Shown piece by piece: positions 48,445 through 58,111 of a stretch of 64,000 nt of DNA (its first letter is position 1; each line of letters begins with the position of its first letter). Below the pieces are notes generated by a model. It saw nothing but the letters and a program-made list of their open reading frames with translations, searched no databases and had not been told where the DNA came from. The position numbers and the translations under genes were made by a program. This DNA is from Fidelibacterota bacterium. Its GTDB lineage: Bacteria > Fidelibacterota > Marinisomatia > Marinisomatales > UBA1611. The stretch lies in assembly GCA_045568995.1 (NCBI GenBank), contig JBJKZY010000044.1, positions 1,688 to 65,687 on the forward strand, given 5' to 3'.

Positions 48445-49551
48445 TTAGAGGAGGTGGGAATTTTTTGATATAAATATTATTTCACGTAATAAAACTTTTA
48501 ATACACCGGTAGCAGGTATTGCAAAGAGCATCCCGAGCGGTCCAATTAATGTCCCTCCTATAATTAAAACAATCATAACTACCATCGGGTGTAGTCCGAC
48601 ACTTTCTCCTATAACTAAAGGGGTTATAAAGTTGTTATCTATTTGTTGAACTACAATAAACATTAATATTATATCAAAAATAAAAAATGGAGATGGAATT
48701 ATATTAAAAAGATAATGCGAAAGTGCAGATTCATTCCCAATATTATTCATTATAGCTATCAATATTGCTGGAACCATTCCTATAAAAGGGCCTACCATTG
48801 GAATTAGATTCGCCAAACCTGCAATGATTCCAATAAAAATTACTAGAGTAATGTTTGCACCAACTTTATTTAAAATAAACAAACCTAGAATTGATAAAAT
48901 TGCAACGCTACTTGCAGCAAGAATTTGTCCTCGTAAATATTTTGAAATTTGTTGTTCAATATTATAAATGGTACGTAAACCAATTTCTAGATATTTGTTA
49001 GGTATAAATCGAACCAATGATCTTTTAAAGTCATGATATTCAATAAGTAAAATGATGGTAAAAACTAAAACCATAAATACAATAAATAAAAAATTTCCAG
49101 CGGAACCAAGTAATACCAGAATGTTTTGGAAAATATTTACCATAAAGTTTTTAGCTATCAAAATTACTTTGTCACTCTCGGGTACCAAATTATTGAAAAA
49201 TTCTGGTAAAAGTACTTTTATTTTAGCTGAAAGGTTTTCAACAGCTATAGCAAAATTATCTTTTTGAATTTTATTAGAAAATATTTTTATTTGTATACCA
49301 AGGTTTGCAAAAAAACTTCCAATGAATAAAATACCAATTGTAATGGATAGGCTTAGAACTGCTACTACTCCTATAGCTCTAGAATTTACATATCCTTCTA
49401 TGTAATCTACCGATTGCAGGAAAATTGAAGTTAACAAAAAGGAGAAAATTAATATTAATATCAGTGGTGAAAAGAAAGGTAGAATAATCCACCCGATAAA
49501 AGATGTAATTACCAGTAATAGTATTCTATAAATTTTTTGGAGGGGGTCCAA
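48445..49551 (-). CDS. AI-2E family transporter (PerM/YhhT-like)
   Basis: 368 aa with about 8 TM and the family pattern (ANLIPMVGPFIG, LIGPLGMLFAIP). Confidence 0.85.
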   Translation of the reverse strand: MDPLQKIYRILLLVITSFIGWIILPFFSPLILILIFSFLLTSIFLQSVDYIEGYVNSRAIGVVAVLSLSITIGILFIGSFFANLGIQIKIFSNKIQKDNFAIAVENLSAKIKVLLPEFFNNLVPESDKVILIAKNFMVNIFQNILVLLGSAGNFLFIVFMVLVFTIILLIEYHDFKRSLVRFIPNKYLEIGLRTIYNIEQQISKYLRGQILAASSVAILSILGLFILNKVGANITLVIFIGIIAGLANLIPMVGPFIGMVPAILIAIMNNIGNESALSHYLFNIIPSPFFIFDIILMFIVVQQIDNNFITPLVIGESVGLHPMVVMIVLIIGGTLIGPLGMLFAIPATGVLKVLLREIIFISKNSHLL

Positions 49552-49553
49552 AG

Positions 49554-50036
49554 CTACTTTGGTTTAATTATATTTTTATTGGTTTCCCTTAATCTCTCAC
49601 CAAGCACTCTAGAAAGGTTTAGCAAAATTTTATTTCCTAATTCTGGATATCTTTTTATAAGAGTTAAAAGATCTGTTCTAAAAAACCCAATTAATCTTGA
49701 TGGCGTATTGCAAACTGCCGAAGCGGATCTCGGTTCTTCATCAAGTAAAGCTAATTCGCCAAAAAAATCTCCAGAATGTAAATTCGCAAAAATATTTCCT
49801 GATTTTGGATCTTTAATTTCGATTTTACCATGAAGTATAATATACATTCCTTCAGCTGGAGCATGCTTTTTAAAAACAAATTCATTTAATTTATATTCTC
49901 TTTCATGTGTGAGTTGGGCAATATTTTTTAGTTCTTTGTTTAATAGATTTTCAAAAATAGGGATTTTTTCCAATGCTTTAAGCACAGGGTCAACATTGTC
50001 TTTTTTACGAAAAAAATTTTTGTACAATGCTTCCAA
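49554..50036 (-). CDS. stand-alone cyclic-nucleotide-binding (CAP effector) domain protein
   Basis: 160 aa with GDFFGELALLDEEPRSASAV and no output domain. Confidence 0.85.
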   Translation of the reverse strand: MEALYKNFFRKKDNVDPVLKALEKIPIFENLLNKELKNIAQLTHEREYKLNEFVFKKHAPAEGMYIILHGKIEIKDPKSGNIFANLHSGDFFGELALLDEEPRSASAVCNTPSRLIGFFRTDLLTLIKRYPELGNKILLNLSRVLGERLRETNKNIIKPK

Positions 50037-50077
50037 AAAGTTACCCTAATACAAAAAACATTTAAATCAAATTTTCC

Positions 50078-50539
50078 TTATTGATGTTCTTCGCAATCAT
50101 CCCACCAACTTGGGCCACATTCGCATTCAATTCCTTTTTTATCCCAACATTCTTTATCAATATGCCATTCTGTAACTTTCCCATCGAGAGCAGAATTATC
50201 ATATATGTATTTTGTGGCTATTACCCCATTTCCATACCATCTTGTCCATAACCCACTTTTGAAACCATTTAAATAGGTACCCTCTAACCTTTTCAATCCA
50301 TTTGAATGCCAGTAGGTCCAATCTCCATTTCTGATACCATCTTTAAAGTTTCCAACCATAGATTTTGGTCCGCTAAAGTGGAAGGTCTCTTGTTTAATTA
50401 ATTCAATCCCTTTTTCTTTATCTTGGTAATAAGATATCATACTAATTTTTCCATTGTTATGTGTTTGCACGACTTTTGAGGTGTCATTTCCGTAGGAGAT
50501 CGAAATAATTAGATTAATAAAAATTAGAATATTTTTCAT
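50078..50539 (-). CDS. exported MORN-variant (YwqK-like) repeat protein with Cys-rich tail
   Basis: 153 aa with a signal peptide, NGDWTYWHSNGLKRLEGTYLNGFKSGLWTRWYGNG and the tail ECWDKKGIECECGPSWWDDCEEHQ. Confidence 0.7.
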   Translation of the reverse strand: MKNILIFINLIISISYGNDTSKVVQTHNNGKISMISYYQDKEKGIELIKQETFHFSGPKSMVGNFKDGIRNGDWTYWHSNGLKRLEGTYLNGFKSGLWTRWYGNGVIATKYIYDNSALDGKVTEWHIDKECWDKKGIECECGPSWWDDCEEHQ

Positions 50540-50792
50540 TTGGTATTAGTATGATATATTATAATCTACAAATGTAATTGCATTAAAAAAATATCAGCTT
50601 CATAAACTTCTATTGCTTTTAAATGACAAAATATGCTATCTGATAATAAGAAAGATGAGAGTGAAAATTATTTTTGCACTTGTGTTTATTTTTAGAGGAT
50701 TGCTAAAACAATGATGCTTAATCTTTACAGTTATTCAAAACTTTTTAAATGAGTAAATTGGATAAAAGAATAGTAATCATTCTAGTTGTATA

Positions 50793-51577
50793 ATGAATAA
50801 AAATAAAAACGAATTTGAAAATTTTTTTTTAATAATAAAAAAAATATCATAAATAAATGGGATCATTACTTTGAAATTTACGAACGATATTTTAGAAAAT
50901 ATAAAAATCAAGATATTGTATTGTTAGAAATCGGAGTTTCCAACGGTGGAAGCTTGAAAATGTGGAAAAATTATTTTGGTAAAAATTCAAAAATATATGG
51001 GTTGGATATAGATCCTAGGTGTAAAGAATTTGAAAGTGGGAATGTAGAGATTTTTATTGGATCTCAAATTGATTTACAATTTTTAAAGGAAATAAAAAAT
51101 AAAATTCCAAAAGTAGATATTTTGATAGATGATGGTGGACATTTTATGAATCAGCAAATAATTTCATTTAATGAATTATTTGGCCATATAAAGGACGATG
51201 GTGTATACTTATGCGAAGATACCCATACTAGTTACTGGTTATTTTTTGGAGGTGGGTATAAAAGACGTGGAACTTTTTTAGAGTATTCAAAAAAAATTAT
51301 TGATCAACTTCATGCTTCTCATTCAGAACAGAAAGAATTAAGGCCTAATAAATTTACCTTTTCAGTGGACTCTATTCATTATTATGATAGCGTAGTAGTA
51401 ATTCAAAAAAAAAAGAGGAATCCACCTAAAAATGTTATATCAGGTGAATTATCTTTTGGTAAATCTAAAATATCTAATTTTAGGCCAAAATTAAAACCTA
51501 CACAGAAAAATAAATTTCTGGCTCTTCTAAATCAAATTTTAAGGCGATTTAGAATTAGAAATTTTTTATTAAAATAG
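50793..51577 (+). CDS. class I SAM-dependent methyltransferase (CmcI / cephalosporin-hydroxylase-like family); frame broken in a T9/A8 homopolymer region (50822-50844) as assembled
   Basis: ATG 50793 (MNKNKNEFENFF) is in frame 3 and stops at 50850. Frame 2 is open from 50819 and reads FFFNNKKNIINKWDHYFEIYERYF...LLEIGVSNGGSLKMW...GLDIDP...DILIDDGGH. Confidence 0.7.
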
Positions 51578-51676
51578 AGTTAGTTCTTATTATGATTTTT
51601 TTGAATAGTTCTTTGAATTGAACTAAAATTTATATTTTTTATTTATAAAAATTTTAAGTGAAACTAGGCATAGTAA

Positions 51677-52766
51677 TTAACTTTTGAGTCCATTTTTGTA
51701 TACATTGAAATGTTGTATAATATTTTTTTTAGAATATTTTTCTTCAAATGTTTCTAAAGCATTTTGAGAAAAATAATTCCAGTCTTTTAATATTTTAGAT
51801 AATTTTTTTGAAAGGTCATTTTTTTTTAATAAGTTCACATTAAAGCCATTTTCACCATCAAATAAGATATCCTGAGATCCTTCTGTATTTGTACAAATAA
51901 TTGGTGTCCCTTCTCGAAGGGATTCAATATTCACAATCCCAAAAGCTTCTGATTTGCTTGCGGATATGCTTGCAATACATTTAGAAAATATTTTCCCAAT
52001 ATTTTTATTTGGAATGTTCCCTAAAAAAGAAACATGTTTTTCTAGCCCTAATGATAAAATTAATTTTTGTAAGTTGTTTTTTTCTGTTCCGTCTCCAATA
52101 ATTAATAGTTTTAGGTTGGGGTGTATTTCTTTGCAATCATTAAATGCATATAGTAAATCTTGATGCCCTTTTGATAACGATAATCTCCCAACAATACATA
52201 TACTAAAATCTCGATCATCAAAAGGTTTCCAATTATATTTAGATTTTTCTAATAAATATGGGAGTACAGATATTTTATTTTTTTTGATATTAAAAAATCT
52301 AGAAATTAACTTCAACATAATATTGGAATTAGTTATTACACGTGTATTTGTTTTTAAAATTAATGCTTTTCTCTGTTTTAGAAACCAATCATAAACAGGG
52401 CTTCTTTTTGAATCCATCTTAAGCTGGTGGGGTGATGTATGAAGATAATTGATTCTGTAAGAAACTCTAAATAAATAACTTGCAATACTTACAATATTAG
52501 CTGAACCAAAATTAGATATACATAGAACGGGTTTTTTCCCTTTTTATTATTCTGCATATAAATATAAAATCTTTAAGTCTAGTTGGTCTTTTATTTGGAT
52601 ATGTAAAATATTTTATATTATTTTTATTAGATGGCACATTTTTAACTTGGCCATCAAAAATAAAAATAACCGAAAAATTGTTATTATTAAACTCTTCTCC
52701 AAGATACTTAAAGTAATCCGGGATAGCAGTTCCAAACTTACTTGTGCTAATTAAAATTGATTCCAT
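51677..52766 (-). CDS. glycosyltransferase family 4; frame broken at a homopolymer (plus-strand T6, 52532-52537) as assembled
   Basis: The N-part ORF 52512-52766 ends ...IIKREK. The shifted frame continues PVLCISNFGSANIVSIASYLFRV...LKMDSKRS into ORF 51677-52417, which carries the GT-B C-domain (SKSEAFGIVNIESLREGTPIICT). Confidence 0.75.
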
Positions 52767-53018
52767 ATTTTATATTCTATATTATAATTTTATTATATTA
52801 AGATTATCCCAAAATATTTCAATTATCAAAAAAACGAATATGAATCTACCTACCTGCCGTTATAAGAAAAAGAACGTGATTAGAAAAAAAAATACTTTTC
52901 TAACAAAATTCTAATTAATTTTTATTAAGTTAAAATCTTTCTTTTATTAATAATTAATTAAATAAGCAATCCCTACTATAAGTTTTTAAATACTACAAAA
53001 ATATATTTAAAAAATTAA

Positions 53019-53963
53019 ATGCCAGAAGAAAGAGAAAATCAAATTAAATTTGATCCAGGTAGTCCTATCGGATGTGGTATTGCCGTACTAGTATTTGCTT
53101 TTGCTATTGTCTCTCTAAATTGGGGATTCTTTACAAGCATGACAGATTGGGGTTTAAAAGATGGTGAAAATTTACCCTTTTACCATCTTCATGATTTTAA
53201 AGGTCAAGGAAGATATAAAGATACACTGTTTTTCTGGATTCACCAGTATTTAAATGTTCCTTCACTAGTTATTGTTATATTTGGAACTTTAACCGCTTTA
53301 ATCATTAGTCTACCCTTAGACAGGATATCAAATGTACCAAAGATACTTTCAAATATTTGGAAAACAGAAAATTGGTCATACATTGCAGTAATTGATCAAA
53401 TTTGTGATTACGCTGCAAAAGCTAGAAAGGATGGAACTTTTTCATTGGATAAAGAAGTGCAAACTCTTCCTGAAGGGTATATGAAGGACTGGTTAGATTT
53501 AATGATAACTGAAAGAGACCCTAAAAAATTAAAAATATACATGTTCACAGAAATGGCCAATATGGCAAATCGTCATAAAAATGGAGCTGATTTCTTCAAA
53601 AAAGGTGAAAAATACGCTCCTTCTTTTGGAATGATGGGAACAGTAATGGGTTTAATCGTAATGATGAATGGATTTGAACTCGAGGGCAAAGAACTATCTG
53701 AAACAATGACCGACCTTCTTGGTGGAATGGGTACTGCTTTGATTACTACTTTATATGGAGTTTTGTTGGCAAATTTTGTTTTTGGACCTATTGCCGGTAA
53801 GCTTGAAACTTTATCCAGTATTGAAGTGAGACACAGAACTGTTGTGATGGAAGGAATTATGTCAATTCATTCCAGAGAGCATCCGATTATTGTAAAAGAA
53901 AGACTAATGACTTTTGTTCCAGTTGCAGATAAACAGATAAAAGTTGATAACGTCGAAGAATAA
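53019..53963 (+). CDS. motA: MotA/PomA-type stator proton-channel protein with extra N-terminal TM/loop
   Basis: 314 aa with a large cytoplasmic loop, then APSFGMMGTVMGLIVMM and GGMGTALITTLYGVLLANFVFGPIAGKLE. Confidence 0.8.
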   Translation: MPEERENQIKFDPGSPIGCGIAVLVFAFAIVSLNWGFFTSMTDWGLKDGENLPFYHLHDFKGQGRYKDTLFFWIHQYLNVPSLVIVIFGTLTALIISLPLDRISNVPKILSNIWKTENWSYIAVIDQICDYAAKARKDGTFSLDKEVQTLPEGYMKDWLDLMITERDPKKLKIYMFTEMANMANRHKNGADFFKKGEKYAPSFGMMGTVMGLIVMMNGFELEGKELSETMTDLLGGMGTALITTLYGVLLANFVFGPIAGKLETLSSIEVRHRTVVMEGIMSIHSREHPIIVKERLMTFVPVADKQIKVDNVEE

Positions 53964-53983
53964 CATTTAGTTCTTATTTCTAA

Positions 53984-54757
53984 GTGCAAGAATTAAATTC
54001 ACTTCAAAGTACAGATTCTTCTGATGAAGGGGCTCAGGCATGGGCAATCCCATTTGCAGATATGATGACATTACTTTTGACGCTTTTTATACTCTTGCTA
54101 GTTATTTTAAAAGAATCTGAGAAATTCGTTGATCAGCAAATTAATCTTTTATTACAAGAAACTTATGAACAATTAGAAGAGGAGATAAATAACGAGAATG
54201 TATCAATAGAGAGAGTTACAAAAGGAATCCAAATTACTTTAAGGGGAAATTTATTTCAGTCCATGAAGGCAAATGTAAATAAAAGCTATATACCAACCAT
54301 TCGAGAGATCAGTAAAATCATTGAAAATTGTAAATTATTTAATGTTGAAGAAACTGAGAAGTATTCTGCATTAGTAGATTTCTTGGAGGAAAGAAATGAA
54401 GAGCTAAATGTAGAAATACGATGTGAAGGACATACGGATGATGCAACTTTGCCTCCACAATCTGATTATCGAAATAATTGGGAGCTTTCTTCAGCTCGAT
54501 CTCTTAGAGTAGTAAATATAATGAATGATGCTTCATCTATCTCAGAGAAATATTTTTCATATAACGGATATGGTGAGTTTCGACCGTTAATTAATGTTTC
54601 AGGGATAGATGATTTTGAAAAGAAAAAACAAGCAAGAGCATACAATAGAAGAGTTGAAATATATCTTGATGCATTTGCGCGTCCAAAGACAAGATCCTCC
54701 GAAGATGAATTTCTAAAAATGATAGATGATAAATTTAAAAAAGAAGAAAACCTTTAG
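53984..54757 (+). CDS. motB: MotB-type stator protein with OmpA-like peptidoglycan-binding domain
   Basis: 257 aa from a GTG start. It has a single TM with a channel Asp (PFADMMTLLLTLFILLLV), then GHTDD, NWELSSARSLRVV and NRRVEIYL. Confidence 0.8.
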   Translation: MQELNSLQSTDSSDEGAQAWAIPFADMMTLLLTLFILLLVILKESEKFVDQQINLLLQETYEQLEEEINNENVSIERVTKGIQITLRGNLFQSMKANVNKSYIPTIREISKIIENCKLFNVEETEKYSALVDFLEERNEELNVEIRCEGHTDDATLPPQSDYRNNWELSSARSLRVVNIMNDASSISEKYFSYNGYGEFRPLINVSGIDDFEKKKQARAYNRRVEIYLDAFARPKTRSSEDEFLKMIDDKFKKEENL

Positions 54758-54883
54758 AATAAGAATTAGTTAGTATTTGAAATTCATCTTTCCTAAAATA
54801 TCTTCATCCCCTTTGCGAATGGAATGAAAACTGGTTAATTATTTAAATTATATAAAGTTAATATTTTATATTGCAGGATAATT

Positions 54884-56551
54884 TTGATTATTTATCAAAC
54901 ACTATTTGCTACCATTTCTATTATTTTTCTGCTTCTGTATTATTATACGATCGGATTTTATTTATACCCTTTATTTTTCTCTAAAACAAACAAAAATAGA
55001 ATAAGATTAAATGAAAACATTTTACTTGGTTTAATCACTAATATATTATTTCTCTACTCTTGGAATTTGTTTTTTCCAATTAATAGTATAGGGTTTCTAA
55101 TATTTAATTTAATTTGTTTATTAATTGGCATTAAATCAGGTTCCTTAAATGATATAAAAAATATTCCAGGAAGATTTAGTCCAAAATTTCTCATTTTTAT
55201 TTTTATGATTTCTATTTGGCTTGGATTTTTATCCAACAATCCTATAGGGCCCTATGATTTGGGCTTATATCACTTGCAAGTGATTAAATGGGCTGAAAGC
55301 TTTCACATAATAAAAGGTATTGGGAATTTACATCACAGGCTTGGTTATGCTTGTAGTAGCTGGCTACTGTCTTCCCAATTTAATGTATTTTTCAATACTA
55401 AGTTATTTTTATGGACTCACGGAGCAATTTATTTGGTAATTGGTTTTATTAATTTTCTTTATGTACCTGTTTTTTCTAAATATCAAATTAAGAAACCTGA
55501 AAAGATTATTAGAATTCTTTATTTACCTATTTTAGTTAATGTATGTTTTTCAAGTTTTCCAGGTACTTCATCAGACTTACCAGTTTTTCTATTTACATCA
55601 ATTATTTCGTTATATTATTTTAAGTTTATTGCCTTTAAAGAAAATAATAGTTTAAATATGATTTTAATTATTCTGGTACTAGGTGTATCTAACAAACTTT
55701 CTTTTGGGGCAGTAATAATAGGTTTAATTATCCCATTAGTATTTATAATAATTAAAAAGATCTCAAGACTAAATTATTTAAATCGAGGTATTATATTATT
55801 ATCCTTAGCAACTCTTATCTTATGGTCCTATAGAAATGTTATTATGACAGGTTACCCTTTTTATCCTTATGTTGAAATCTCATTCCCAGTTGAATGGAAA
55901 ATGGATAGAGACAAGGTGGAAATGGCAAAAAATCAAATAACCTTAGTTGCTAAAGACTTCACCAAATTGAAAGGTTTTGATTATAATGAACGTTTAAGTT
56001 GGTATCTTAATAAAATAACATTACAACATAGAAAAATTGAAATTTATTATCCGATAATTATTGGAATTTTTGGATTGCTTTATAATATTGTTTTCATCAG
56101 AAAAAAACTATCCCAAATTTTTATTTTAGCTTTACCATCATTAGTACCAATATTTTTATGGATACAAATTCCTGGGAGTAGATTTTTTTATTCCTCTTTT
56201 TGGTGGTTTGGAAATATGTTTATAGTCTTTCCTGTAACTAGAATGATACAAAGGTTGAATTATTTTTATTTATTAATAATAATATTATCAATTTCGGTAC
56301 ATACCCTTGATAGGCTTGGGTCCCCTAAAGTTTTTTTCCCAATGTATACTAGATCAAAGATCCCAAATATTACTACTCAAAAAATTACAAATGCTAAAGG
56401 GTTGACATATTTTTCTCCTAAGGATAATGACCAATGCTGGGACAGTCTATTACCCTGTTCTCCAGAACCAGAATTTTGGCTAAAAAATATAATTCAAACT
56501 AGCGAAAATGGGTTTAAAAAAGGTTTAAAATTAAATGAACCCGATAAATAG
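54884..56551 (+). CDS. uncharacterised ~13-TM membrane protein with soluble Cys-containing C-terminal tail
   Basis: 555 aa, extremely hydrophobic, with an internal loop (YPFYPYVEISFPVEWKMDRDKVEMAK). The tail is ...YFSPKDNDQCWDSLLPCSPEPEFW. No family recognised; GT-C-like or O-antigen-polymerase-like by architecture only. Confidence 0.5.
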   Translation: MIIYQTLFATISIIFLLLYYYTIGFYLYPLFFSKTNKNRIRLNENILLGLITNILFLYSWNLFFPINSIGFLIFNLICLLIGIKSGSLNDIKNIPGRFSPKFLIFIFMISIWLGFLSNNPIGPYDLGLYHLQVIKWAESFHIIKGIGNLHHRLGYACSSWLLSSQFNVFFNTKLFLWTHGAIYLVIGFINFLYVPVFSKYQIKKPEKIIRILYLPILVNVCFSSFPGTSSDLPVFLFTSIISLYYFKFIAFKENNSLNMILIILVLGVSNKLSFGAVIIGLIIPLVFIIIKKISRLNYLNRGIILLSLATLILWSYRNVIMTGYPFYPYVEISFPVEWKMDRDKVEMAKNQITLVAKDFTKLKGFDYNERLSWYLNKITLQHRKIEIYYPIIIGIFGLLYNIVFIRKKLSQIFILALPSLVPIFLWIQIPGSRFFYSSFWWFGNMFIVFPVTRMIQRLNYFYLLIIILSISVHTLDRLGSPKVFFPMYTRSKIPNITTQKITNAKGLTYFSPKDNDQCWDSLLPCSPEPEFWLKNIIQTSENGFKKGLKLNEPDK

Positions 56552-56605
56552 AGTAAGATAGAGTAGCTTTTATAAGTAGTTTAAAATGGTTATAAAATAT
56601 TTTGA

Positions 56606-57397
56606 TTAGGGAAAAAATTGATTTTTTATAAAAATAATAAAAAAAATAAAGATAAATAAAAACCCATAAAAATAATTTGCGGATATATTAAAGTATAGAA
56701 TATGATAAAACGCAGCAATCCCATCTTTCCATGTTATTTTTTTCCCCTCTTTATAAGTTCGACCATCATATGAGATTGGCATTTCATAAACTCGAAGATT
56801 TGCTTTGGCTATTTTAGCTGTGAATTCAGGTTCAAAGCCAAAACGATTAGATTTTAGTTTAAACTTTTTTAGAATGCTTCTTCTAAACATCTTATAACAT
56901 GTTTCCATATCAGTTAGATTCAAGTTTGAGAAAATGTTTGATACTAACGTTAAAACTTTATTTCCAATATAATGCCAGAAAAAAAGTACACGGTGAGTCC
57001 CGCCAATAAAACGGCTACCATAAACTACATCTGCTTTATTTTCAGCAATCGGTAAAATTAGGTTAGAATATTCTTTTGGATTATATTCTAAGTCAGCATC
57101 TTGAATTACAATAACTTCGCTAGTTGCTAATTTAAAACCTGATCTTAAAGAACCACCCTTGCCCATATTTTTTTTATTCTGGTAGATTTTAATTTCAATC
57201 TTTTTATTTGGTAATTCTTTTTTGACGATATCCTCTATTATTTCAAAAGTCCCATCTGTTGAACAATCATCTATCAAAATTATTTCAGAAACTAATCGAT
57301 TGCTATAAACTCTATCAAAAACTTGTTCAATAGTTTTATGTTCATTAAAAACTGGTATAATAACTGATAAGGATGGTGTTTTTATATTATTATTCAT
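56606..57397 (-). CDS. glycosyltransferase family 2, polyprenol-phosphate sugar transferase-like (Dpm1/ArnC/GtrB type) with C-terminal TM
   Basis: 263 aa with LSVIIPVFNE, IDDCSTDGT, VIQDADLEY and a C-terminal hydrophobic helix. Confidence 0.85.
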   Translation of the reverse strand: MNNNIKTPSLSVIIPVFNEHKTIEQVFDRVYSNRLVSEIILIDDCSTDGTFEIIEDIVKKELPNKKIEIKIYQNKKNMGKGGSLRSGFKLATSEVIVIQDADLEYNPKEYSNLILPIAENKADVVYGSRFIGGTHRVLFFWHYIGNKVLTLVSNIFSNLNLTDMETCYKMFRRSILKKFKLKSNRFGFEPEFTAKIAKANLRVYEMPISYDGRTYKEGKKITWKDGIAAFYHILYFNISANYFYGFLFIFIFFIIFIKNQFFP

Positions 57398-57652
57398 TAT
57401 TAGTTGCTTATAAAATTAAAAAATCCTTAATTATTATTTCTAGATATTTTTCTAATTTTGGATCTTTAAACTGTTGAACATAATAATTAGCATTCCCTCC
57501 ATAAGCCACATTTCATATTTGGGCTTTGGTATAACACATAAAGAATTTGATGAAATAAGAGATTTAATTAAGGGGTAAATTGACTTTTTTAATAAAAATA
57601 AACTTAATTAGAACATAATTAATATCTCTCTGAATTTTATGAAACATTTAAT

Positions 57653-58000
57653 TTATTTAGGTAAGATAGAAGAGTGATGCGACAAGATTTCCCACTTTTT
57701 TTTAGTTTTTAAAAAAACAAATGAGAATCTTGCTTCAATTTTTTTGTCATTTAATATAAAGTTATAGAGGCCGGAGGCGGTAGCAATAACTTCAGTTTTA
57801 TATTCATGTTTTGTAATTATTTCAACATTTACCTGGGATTTTAATAAATTTTTAAAATAGTCCAATATTAATTTCTGTCCATTTCTTTCAATATTAGAAA
57901 AAGTTCCAAGTAACAAACCATCTTTATGGTAAAGATCTGACACTTCATTAGCGTTATTAGATCTAATTTTTTCAATCCAAGTTTGCAGCATATCAATCAT
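57653..58000 (-). CDS. NTF2-like (DUF4440 / SgcJ-EcaC / CaMKII-association-domain-like) protein
   Basis: 115 aa with a pattern typical of small NTF2-fold proteins (WIEKIRSNNANEVSDLYHKDGLLLGT...WEILSHHSS). Confidence 0.55.
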   Translation of the reverse strand: MIDMLQTWIEKIRSNNANEVSDLYHKDGLLLGTFSNIERNGQKLILDYFKNLLKSQVNVEIITKHEYKTEVIATASGLYNFILNDKKIEARFSFVFLKTKKKWEILSHHSSILPK

Positions 58001-58111
58001 AATATAAATTTAACAATTAGAGCAATACCTAAACTTAATTTTATTAGTTATTATCAATTGTAGAATAAAGGATTCAAAGAAAAAAACAAAACAGATGGAA
58101 ATAAAACAAGA

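Noticed and set aside
50078-50539. A toxin-antitoxin interpretation of the YwqK-like MORN-variant proteins (also 58112-58714).
   Set aside because: Both have signal peptides and no adjacent toxin-like gene. The antitoxin label is an annotation habit, not supported here.
53019-54757. Zorya-type anti-phage system (ZorAB), or a plain flagellar stator, as the explanation for the MotAB pair.
   Set aside because: As I recall, ZorA proteins carry a long C-terminal tail of several hundred residues and come with zorC/D or zorE. This MotA is 314 aa and no such partners are present. A flagellar role cannot be excluded from this window, but no flagellar gene is nearby, so I kept it as an open finding.
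57398-57652. A possible gene remnant or small ORF in the 255-bp gap upstream of the GT2 gene.
   Set aside because: On careful re-reading, the longest frame from GTG 57510 stops after 14 codons. My first, longer reading was a transcription slip.
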